Origin: Spirochaetaceae bacterium
Lineage (GTDB): Bacteria > Spirochaetota > Spirochaetia > B11-G9
Assembly: GCA_030638735.1 (NCBI GenBank)
Contig: DAOWEB010000404.1
Coordinates: forward strand, 1 to 39,942
Reading direction: 5' to 3'
DNA: 39,942 bases
The first letter of the stretch is position 1, and each line of letters opens with the position of its first letter. Shown here one piece after another: positions 9,338-16,833 of the stretch. The notes beneath the pieces are model-generated. The model searched no databases. It was not told the origin of the DNA and was given only the letters and a program-made list of their open reading frames with translations. The translations under genes and the position numbers were made by a program.

Positions 9338-9363
9338 TAATAGTTAGTTTAAATTATAGTACA

Positions 9364-9389
9364 AACCGGGCCTAAGGTCCGGTTTTTTT
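9364..9389 (+). terminator. Rho-independent terminator of the ABC transporter operon
   Basis: AACCGGGCC-TAA-GGTCCGGTT stem-loop followed by TTTTT. Confidence 0.8.
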
Positions 9390-9409
9390 GCAACCTAAGG
9401 AGTAATATA

Positions 9410-10234
9410 ATGGATGAAAAAATGGCAGCTTTAAAAAAAGCATCAGATTTTATTAGCAGTAAAATAGATTTTAATCCAGAAATAGGAATGGTTTTGGGAT
9501 CAGGTCTTGGAGTTCTTGGAGATTAAATAGAGAACCCGATAATAATTAATTCTAACGAAATTCCTTGCTTTCCAAAATCTACAGTTGAGGGACATGCAGG
9601 ACAACTGGTAATAGGAACCCTTGAGGGTAAAAAGGTTCTGGTTATGCAGGGGCGTTTTCATTATTATGAAGGCTACTCTTACGACACAGTTGTTTTTCCA
9701 GTAAGAGTTATGAAACTTCTTGGAATAGATAAATTTCTTGTTACTAATGCGGCAGGAGGACTTAATAGGGACTTCAGTGCTGGTGCTCTTATGTTAATAT
9801 CCGATCATATTCATTTTGATATGGATAGTCCCCTCCGAGGGCATAACATAGATGAGTTCGGTCCAAGATTTCCGGATATGTCAGATACATACAAAAAGTC
9901 CTTACGTAAAATGGCAAAAGAAGCAGGGAAAGATCTTGGTATTACATTGCATGAGGGAGTGTATGCCTTTATGGGTGGTCCAAGTTATGAAACTCCTGCA
10001 GAAGTACGAATGGCTGGTATTCTTGGAGCAGATGCAGTGGGAATGTCTACAGTCCCGGAAGTAATTGTTGCTGCCCATGCAGGTATGGATATTCTTGGTA
10101 TAACATGTGTAACCAATATGGCAGCTGGAATACTTGACCAGCCTCTTGTTCATGCAGAGGTTATGGAAACAGCAGCCAGGGTTAGAGATGATTTTATTGC
10201 ACTTGTAAGAAAAATTGTTACAATGTGGAAGTAA
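9410..10234 (+). pseudogene. punA: Purine nucleoside phosphorylase (PunA/DeoD-I type) with an in-frame TAA at codon 39
   Basis: ATG 9410 (AAGGAG 8 nt upstream) translates to MDEKMAALKKASDFISSKIDFNPEIGMVLGSGLGVLGD*IENPIIINSNEIPCFPKSTVEGHAGQLVIGTLEGKKVLVMQGRFHYYEGY.... This is in frame with the tracked ORF 9644..10234. The stretch is collinear with PunA-type PNPs, and the TAA at 9524..9526 is the only interruption. Confidence 0.8.
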
Positions 10235-10725
10235 TACGACCGGAAGATATAATAAACAAACTCAATCTTGTTCCTTTAGATGATGAGGGTGGGTATTACA
10301 GGCAAACCTGGGTCTCTGATCAGAACCTTGAGAAGGGACCTCTGGGAACAGCTATATATTTTCTTCTTGTGAATTCTTTTAAAGGGTTTTCAGCTTTACA
10401 TACACTTTCTTTTCCGGAAATATATCATTTTTATTTAGGTGACTCCATTGAATTAAGTCTATTTCACAAAAATGGTGAAGTAGAGCAGGTCATTATGGGC
10501 CAGGATATTTTAAATGGGGAGCACCTTCAGTTTACTGTCCCCAGTGGTGTAGTTCAGGGTTCTAAAATTATAGAGGGTGGTGAATATGCTCTTATTGGGA
10601 CAACAATGGCACCTGGTTTTATTGTGGATGATTTTACTCTTAATTCCCGGAAAGAAATGGTAAAAAAATATCCTGAATATGAGAATTTAATTGTATCTTT
10701 GACAAGAAAGCGATTACAGGAGTAG
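10225..10725 (+). CDS. Cupin-fold protein (DUF985-like)
   Basis: 166-aa ORF whose GTG start overlaps the punA stop. The N-terminal LxLxPLxxEGGYYRQTW and later GTTMAPGF resemble the DUF985 cupin family. Confidence 0.55.
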   Translation: MEVIRPEDIINKLNLVPLDDEGGYYRQTWVSDQNLEKGPLGTAIYFLLVNSFKGFSALHTLSFPEIYHFYLGDSIELSLFHKNGEVEQVIMGQDILNGEHLQFTVPSGVVQGSKIIEGGEYALIGTTMAPGFIVDDFTLNSRKEMVKKYPEYENLIVSLTRKRLQE

Positions 10726-10728
10726 ATT

Positions 10729-11493
10729 ATGGATCCATGGAATGTAGAAAATAAAAGTGTATTAATAACAGGTGCAGCTGGTAACTTAGGCCGGGTTCTG
10801 GCTGAAATCTTAAGCCATGCCGGTTGTAAAATCGTTCTTCAAGGTCGGGAATCAAAAAAAACAAAGCTGCTTGAATTACAGCAAGCCCTACCAGGAGAAT
10901 CAATTGTTCTCACTGGAGATATATCAAATCCTTCAGATATTACAAAAATATTTAATGAAATTGAAAAGAAATATCTACCTCTGGATTTTTTAGTTAATAA
11001 TGCAGGGCTGCAGGGAGTAATCCCCTTTGAGCAACTTGATGGGGAAGAATGGGATTCAGTTTTTAATGTAAATATAAGATCACCCCATCTCTGTATAAAA
11101 GCATACAGAGAACTTCATTTAAAGAATCCATCCAATCTTCCTTCTATTGTAAATATAGCTTCTATAGAGGGGAGTATTCCTGCGTTATCCCATAGCCATT
11201 ATGCGGCTTCCAAAGGGGGCCTCATCCAGTACACCAAGGCTGCCGCGTTGGAACTTGGGGGGGTAGGTATTAGAGTAAATAGTGTTTCCCCGGGACTTAT
11301 TAATAGTCCTGGAATTGATATGGACTGGCCTGATGGTGTTGAAAGATATATTAATTCTTCACCCTTATCCCGTCTCGTGGATCCTGTTGAGGTAGCTAAT
11401 TCAGTTCTTTTTCTTCTTTCACCACTATCCAGTGGAATAACCGGAGTTGATTTAAGAGTTGATACGGGTATGGGGGTTGTCCAGGGGTATTAG
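10729..11493 (+). CDS. Short-chain dehydrogenase/reductase (SDR) family oxidoreductase
   Basis: 254-aa ORF with the TGAAGNLG cofactor motif, NNAG, the YxxSK catalytic motif (YAASKGG) and a C-terminal GxxxxVDxG. Confidence 0.85.
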   Translation: MDPWNVENKSVLITGAAGNLGRVLAEILSHAGCKIVLQGRESKKTKLLELQQALPGESIVLTGDISNPSDITKIFNEIEKKYLPLDFLVNNAGLQGVIPFEQLDGEEWDSVFNVNIRSPHLCIKAYRELHLKNPSNLPSIVNIASIEGSIPALSHSHYAASKGGLIQYTKAAALELGGVGIRVNSVSPGLINSPGIDMDWPDGVERYINSSPLSRLVDPVEVANSVLFLLSPLSSGITGVDLRVDTGMGVVQGY

Positions 11494-11652
11494 TGTAGAT
11501 GCATCTAAGCCAGTTGCAATATTAAAAATTTCTTCAGCTTTCATTATTTCGGGATCATCAATATTATGTTCTATTTTGCTTATAAAGCCTTCTGTTATAA
11601 GAACATCTTTCTTTATGTTATTACGAACAGCATTTTTTATTAGAAGACTCAT
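11452..11652 (-). pseudogene. Possible relic: N-terminal about 50 aa of an amidohydrolase-superfamily (dihydroorotase/deaminase-like) gene
   Basis: The 66-aa ORF begins MSLLIKNAVRNNIKKDVLITEGFISKIEHNI..., the usual N-terminal beta-sandwich pattern of metal-dependent amidohydrolases. It ends inside the 3' end of the SDR gene, and no HxH metal motif follows. Confidence 0.3.
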
Positions 11653-11775
11653 GACTTTTCTCCTGTAACCCTTTACAATATTGTCAATTGCATTTAAACA
11701 TATTTAAACTAAATACAAAAGTATAGTACTGTCATAGTGAATCCGACAGCACTATTAATAATATTGGAGTAATTA

Positions 11776-13317
11776 ATGGATTTTGATTTAAAAAGTCTTC
11801 ATCCCCTGGAAATCAGGTTGTTGAGGCATGTTGCCAGGAAAGAGAATATTACGGCAGAACGTATTAGTGAAGAACTTGGATATAAGCTGGGCCAGTGTAA
11901 CCAGGCTTTTAGCTGGCTTTCTGCAAAAGCTTATTTATCAGAAACAAGTCGAAATCTCCGAACACTTTATGAAATTACAGAAACAGGGAAAGATTATGTT
12001 TCCAAAGGTACACCTGAAGTAAGAATTATTAATCTGCTTAAAGAAAAAGGTTCTCTTAAGATGCCTGATATAGCCCGTGAACTTGGACTTGAAAATAAAG
12101 ATGTAGGTTCTGCTTTTGGACAGCTCTCTAAAGAGGGCATCCTTAAAATGGATAGTGAGAAAAATGTAGAAGCTACTGATAAAGATCTTCCTGGAAGAAT
12201 TCCTTTGTTAGTATCTCTTTTAACCAAAGGGCTGGATAATGGAATTTTAGATGAATCAGAGTTTACCAAAGATGAACTTTTAGTTATAAAAGTTAACAGT
12301 AAAAAACGAGGTGCAGCTGCATCCCCTTTTAAAATTATAGAAAGAGAAGATCTTGTATATGAGCTTACAGATAATGGTGAAAAAGTTAAAAAACTTCTTT
12401 TAGATCAGGGAGTGACAGGTGAAGAAATTGGTGGCCTTACACCGGAAATGTTATCCTCAGGTAGCTGGAAGGGAAAAGATTTTCGGGAATACAATATTAA
12501 TACACCCCCAAGCAGAGTTTTACTGGGACGGCGAAATCCGTACAGCCAGTATTTGCAGTGGGTAAAAGATAAACTTTCATCCCTGGGGTTTGAAGAGTTT
12601 GATGGCCCTCTTGTAGAGACCGAATTCTGGAACGGTGATGCTCTTTTTATGCCCCAGTTCCATAGTGCAAGGGATATTCATGATGTTTATTATTTGAAAA
12701 ATGCCGCCTCTGCCAAAGAAATTGAACAACCCTGGCTGGACCAGGTTGCTGAAACTCATGAAAACGGCTGGGAGACAGGAAGTCGTGGCTGGGGCTATAA
12801 GTTTGACAGAGATTTTACACGAAGACAGGTTCTTCGAAGTCAGGGTACAGTTCTTTCGGCAAAACAGCTGCAGAAAGCTAAAATTCCTGGAAAATATTTT
12901 GGTGTGGCCCGTTGTTTTAGATATGATCAGGTGGATGCAACCCATGGTGCTGATTTTTATCAGACCGAGGGTATTGTTCTTGGTGAAGATGTTAATCTTC
13001 GTACCTTATTGGGTTTGTTAAAGATGTTTGCAGAAGAGATAGCAGGTGCAGAAGAGGTTCGGTATGTTCCTGGGTATTTCCCTTTTACAGAGCCTTCAAT
13101 AGAAGTTCATATTAAACACCCTGTTCTTGGTTGGTTTGAACTTGGCGGAAGTGGTATTTTCCGTCCGGAAGTAACAAAAGCCATGGGAATTGATGTTCCT
13201 GTCCTTGCATGGGGGCTTGGAATTGATCGAATGGCTCTAATGCATCTTGGTCTTAATGATCTTCGTGAACTTTTTTCACCTAATATCGAAAATGTACGTC
13301 TTAGAAGGAGCAAGTAG
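11776..13317 (+). CDS. pheS: Phenylalanine--tRNA ligase alpha subunit, archaeal/eukaryotic type
   Basis: 513 aa, compared with about 340 aa for the bacterial type. It has N-terminal winged-helix-like repeats and class II motifs including FRxDxxDATHxxxFxQxEG and GxGIDRxxM. Confidence 0.9.
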   Translation: MDFDLKSLHPLEIRLLRHVARKENITAERISEELGYKLGQCNQAFSWLSAKAYLSETSRNLRTLYEITETGKDYVSKGTPEVRIINLLKEKGSLKMPDIARELGLENKDVGSAFGQLSKEGILKMDSEKNVEATDKDLPGRIPLLVSLLTKGLDNGILDESEFTKDELLVIKVNSKKRGAAASPFKIIEREDLVYELTDNGEKVKKLLLDQGVTGEEIGGLTPEMLSSGSWKGKDFREYNINTPPSRVLLGRRNPYSQYLQWVKDKLSSLGFEEFDGPLVETEFWNGDALFMPQFHSARDIHDVYYLKNAASAKEIEQPWLDQVAETHENGWETGSRGWGYKFDRDFTRRQVLRSQGTVLSAKQLQKAKIPGKYFGVARCFRYDQVDATHGADFYQTEGIVLGEDVNLRTLLGLLKMFAEEIAGAEEVRYVPGYFPFTEPSIEVHIKHPVLGWFELGGSGIFRPEVTKAMGIDVPVLAWGLGIDRMALMHLGLNDLRELFSPNIENVRLRRSK

Positions 13318-13319
13318 TC

Positions 13320-15020
13320 ATGCCTAAAATTGAAGTTAACAGGGATAAATTTTATAGTTTTATTGGAAAAAACTATACAGATGATGCTTTGGAAGCACTC
13401 CTCCCATGTGCAAAAGCTGAACTTGATGCTGTGGATAATGAAGAAGGTATTCTTAAGATTGAACTTAACGATACAAACAGACCTGATTTATGGTCAACCC
13501 TTGGACTGGCACGGCAGCTTAGGGTCTATGAGGGGGGCAGGAGAGCCGAATATAATTTTTTCTCAAATTCAGAAAAATCTATAGATGCCGGGACGAGAAT
13601 AGTCAAGGTAGATCCTGATATTAAGAAAACAAGGCCTTATATGGCTGCTTTTGCTGTTACAGGTAAAGCTGTAGATGATTCAACATTGAAAGATCTTATA
13701 CAAACTCAGGAAAAACTATGCTGGAACTATGGGCGTAAAAGAAAATCTATTGCAATGGGTGTTTATCGGAGTGATCTTTTTAATTATCCTGTACTGTATA
13801 AGGCAGCTGATCCGGATAAAACAAGATTTATTCCCCTTGGAATGGACAAAGAGTTAAACCTTAGGGAGATTATTAAAGAACACCCTAAGGGTCAGGAGTT
13901 TGGACATATTGTAGAAAAAGACGAAAAATTCCCATTTATTACAGATGCGGATGGAAAGGTCTTGAGTTTTTCTCCTGTTATAAACAGCTCTGAAATTGGA
14001 GCAGTAGAGGTCGGAGATGAGAATCTGTTTATTGAGCTGACTGGTACTGATCTGCCTTCTCTTATTTTAACTGCATCCATAGTCGCCTGTGATTTAGCTG
14101 ATAATGGTTTTACTATTCTTCCTGTGAAAGTTGAATATCCATATGAAACTGAATTTGGGCGCAGTATTACAACTCCTTATTATTTTCAGAAGGGAATATC
14201 TGTAAGTTCTAAGTATGCAAGAAAACTCCTGGGATCTGATTTATCAGCGGATCAAATGAAGAATGCTCTAATAAGAATGGGAATTAAAACAGAGATCCAG
14301 GGTGAAGAAATAATAATTGAAGTTCCGGAATATAGAAACGATTTTCTCCATTCTGTTGATATTATTGAAGATATAATGATGGGTCGTGGTATGGATAGTT
14401 TTGAACCAGTAATGCCTTCTGATTCTACCGTTGGAAGAATTAGTTCTGAGGAAGAATTTGCCAGGAAAGCAAAGGATATCCTTATAGGTCTTGGTTTTCA
14501 GGAGATGATCTATAACTATCTTGGCTCCCGAAAGGACTATATCGATAAAATGAATATATCAGGGGATAAGCTTATACAGATTGTAAATCCTATGACAGAA
14601 AACTATGAATTTGTCAGGGGAAGTGTTATTCCCTCTTTATTAAATTCTGAAGCTATATCTGCAAATGCTGTTTATCCCCATCATATTTTTGAAATTGGGA
14701 AAGTAGCTTTTCTTGATTCTGAAGATAATTCCGGTACTGTTACTAAAAACTCTCTTGGATTTCTGAGTGCCGATAGGACAGAGGGATATAATCAGGTTAG
14801 TAGTTCTGTTTCTGCAATTTTTTATTATCTAAACAAAGAATATGAGCTTGTGGAGCTTGATGATCCCCGATTTATAAAAGGCCGGTCTGCAAAAATAGTT
14901 TATAAAGGTAAGATTGTCGGGGTTCTTGGTGAAGTTTCTCCACAGGTTTTGGAAAACTGGGGCATTCAGATGCCTTCCACCTGCTGTGAAATAGATTTAG
15001 ATATATTATTAGAGGATTAA
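13320..15020 (+). CDS. pheT: Phenylalanine--tRNA ligase beta subunit, archaeal/eukaryotic type
   Basis: 566 aa, compared with about 800 aa for the bacterial type. It begins MPKIEVNRDKF, shows a B3/B4-B5-like layout, and starts 2 nt after the pheS stop. Confidence 0.9.
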   Translation: MPKIEVNRDKFYSFIGKNYTDDALEALLPCAKAELDAVDNEEGILKIELNDTNRPDLWSTLGLARQLRVYEGGRRAEYNFFSNSEKSIDAGTRIVKVDPDIKKTRPYMAAFAVTGKAVDDSTLKDLIQTQEKLCWNYGRKRKSIAMGVYRSDLFNYPVLYKAADPDKTRFIPLGMDKELNLREIIKEHPKGQEFGHIVEKDEKFPFITDADGKVLSFSPVINSSEIGAVEVGDENLFIELTGTDLPSLILTASIVACDLADNGFTILPVKVEYPYETEFGRSITTPYYFQKGISVSSKYARKLLGSDLSADQMKNALIRMGIKTEIQGEEIIIEVPEYRNDFLHSVDIIEDIMMGRGMDSFEPVMPSDSTVGRISSEEEFARKAKDILIGLGFQEMIYNYLGSRKDYIDKMNISGDKLIQIVNPMTENYEFVRGSVIPSLLNSEAISANAVYPHHIFEIGKVAFLDSEDNSGTVTKNSLGFLSADRTEGYNQVSSSVSAIFYYLNKEYELVELDDPRFIKGRSAKIVYKGKIVGVLGEVSPQVLENWGIQMPSTCCEIDLDILLED

Positions 15021-15023
15021 GGT

Positions 15024-15515
15024 ATGAATATTGTTACAGAGGCAATTCAATTAGAATGGGAAGAAGATTGTAATATTATTGTTGGTTTATCTCATTTTAT
15101 TAAAACTGTGGAAGATATTCCTGAAATTTTAATATCCTCTGTTCCCGGTATAGAGTATGGTCTTGCTTTTAATGAGGCTTCGGGACCATGTCTGATTAGA
15201 ACAGAGGGAAATAATGAGAAGCTTATAGCTGAGGCTGTTGCCTGTGCCGAGTCTGTAGGAGCAGGTCATACTTTTTTTCTTATAATAAAGAATGCTTATC
15301 CAATTAATGTACTTAATCAGATAAAAAACTGCCAGGAAGTGGTTTCGATTTTTGCAGCTACTGCTAATCCATTACAAATTATTGTTGCAGGAACAGATCA
15401 GGGGAGAGGTATTATTGGGGTTGTAGATGGCTTTTCTCCAAAAGGTGTTGAAGATAAAGAAGATAAAGTCGAGAGAAAAAATTTACTTAGGTCAATTGGC
15501 TATAAGATAAAATAA
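15024..15515 (+). CDS. Adenosine-specific kinase-like protein (small, mostly archaeal family)
   Basis: 163-aa ORF beginning 3 nt after pheT. SHFIKTVEDIPE, ASGPCLIR, GAGHTFFLIxKNAYPINVLN, ATANP and GRGIIGVVDG match my recollection of the Pfam 'Adenosine specific kinase' family. Confidence 0.55.
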   Translation: MNIVTEAIQLEWEEDCNIIVGLSHFIKTVEDIPEILISSVPGIEYGLAFNEASGPCLIRTEGNNEKLIAEAVACAESVGAGHTFFLIIKNAYPINVLNQIKNCQEVVSIFAATANPLQIIVAGTDQGRGIIGVVDGFSPKGVEDKEDKVERKNLLRSIGYKIK

Positions 15516-15574
15516 TATTTGATTCTTTTTGCAATAGGGTTGATAATATATTATCACTAAGTAGAGGTTCTGTA

Positions 15575-16825
15575 ATGAAAAAAGTTCTAATAATAGGCGA
15601 TTCTTCTCTTTTTCGAAATTATCTGGGAAGTAAACTGGAAGAGTACGGTATTGAAGTCTCTATTGGTCTGAATGGCTTTGATGGGTATATCAAGATGAGA
15701 AACGAAGTTCCTGATCTGATTATTATGGATTATATGCTTAGCAGAAAAAGCAGTATGGAAGTTTTATCAGAAAAGAAAAATAATAAAAATACTGCTCCTA
15801 TTCCAGCTATTATGATTGCTACAAAGGTTGATCAGCGTAATGTTGTGGAAATGGCTAAAGCAAATGTAAAAAAAATTCTTTCAAAACCTATAAATATGGA
15901 TGTTCTTTTAAAGACTATTTCAGATCTTATTGGAATTGAAATTAAAGTTGATAATACCCCTTGTATTATAGAATCCCATTTTAATGAAGATATGCTTTTT
16001 ATTGAAATTGCCCAGGGTCTGAACTCAGAGAAAGTTGAACTTCTTAAATATAAACTTACTGAGCTTCTTCATCTCTATGATGTAAAACGTCCTAAAATAC
16101 TATTAATGATGACCAGTATTGATTTTCCGGAAAATGCAAGACCTAAACTCCGGAGACTTCTTGACCTTATAAAGGAGAATGCTCAAGCCAATCCAAGAAT
16201 GATTCAGATTCTTACTAGTACAAGTGAAATAATAAGCTATCTGAATACAAGCGATTATGCAGATATTCCTATAGCGGATAATCTTCCCGAAGCCATGGAT
16301 AATTTACTTGGTATTAAACCCGATGACTTTGCTCATGATGGAGTTGTACATGAAAAACTTCTTACTGCCAGTAGTCAGGTGAATGAGGGAACTGAGACTG
16401 TACAGATAGGTCATGACAGAGAGAATCAGGGGGAATCAGAAAATAGTATTTTTCAAAGTAAAGCAGTGGTGGCCGTTGTTGATGATGATCTTGTTATCAG
16501 AGAATTAATTAAAACAGTATTTTCTGAAACTGCCTGGGATCTACAGACTTTTGAAAATGGGAAGGAGTTCCTGGCAGCTGAGAAATCAACAAAATTTGAT
16601 CTGATTTTTCTGGATCTGATAATGCCGGAATTTACAGGCTTTCAGGTTCTCAATTATTTGAAGGATCAGAATAAAAAGCTTCCAATTATTGTTCTTTCTG
16701 CACTTTCCCAAAAAGAAACTATTATTAAAACAATCAGTCTTGGAGTAATGAGTTATATGACAAAACCTCTAAACCCTGAGGGATTACAGAAAAAAGCTGT
16801 TGAGATTTTAAGCAGTACTTTCTAA
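15575..16825 (+). CDS. Dual-receiver response-regulator protein (REC, then a STAS-like central region, then REC) with no DNA-binding output
   Basis: 416-aa ORF. REC1 shows KKVLIIGDS...LIIMDYML...SKPI and REC2 shows VAVVDDD...IFLDLIMP...TKPL. The central region of about 160 aa has an anti-sigma-antagonist/STAS-like pattern, which is an inference. Confidence 0.75.
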   Translation: MKKVLIIGDSSLFRNYLGSKLEEYGIEVSIGLNGFDGYIKMRNEVPDLIIMDYMLSRKSSMEVLSEKKNNKNTAPIPAIMIATKVDQRNVVEMAKANVKKILSKPINMDVLLKTISDLIGIEIKVDNTPCIIESHFNEDMLFIEIAQGLNSEKVELLKYKLTELLHLYDVKRPKILLMMTSIDFPENARPKLRRLLDLIKENAQANPRMIQILTSTSEIISYLNTSDYADIPIADNLPEAMDNLLGIKPDDFAHDGVVHEKLLTASSQVNEGTETVQIGHDRENQGESENSIFQSKAVVAVVDDDLVIRELIKTVFSETAWDLQTFENGKEFLAAEKSTKFDLIFLDLIMPEFTGFQVLNYLKDQNKKLPIIVLSALSQKETIIKTISLGVMSYMTKPLNPEGLQKKAVEILSSTF

Positions 16826-16833
16826 AGGATATT

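Noticed and set aside
9524-9526. The in-frame TAA in punA, together with the in-frame TAG at 226..228 in the transposase relic, might indicate stop-codon reassignment.
   Set aside because: TAA, TAG and TGA each terminate several well-supported genes in this window, exactly where homologues end (for example TAA at 1864, 4383 and 15020; TAG at 10725 and 13317; TGA at 7333 and 19182). The standard code applies. The two internal stops are lesions or sequencing errors.
11653-11775. A T-box or other leader upstream of pheS. An imperfect hairpin AGTACTGTC...GACAGCACT lies at about 11728..11756.
   Set aside because: The region is only about 120 nt. It has no T-box sequence (no AAnnnGGTGGnACCGCG-like motif) and no specifier-loop architecture. 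It is more likely just a promoter region shared with the relic ORF.
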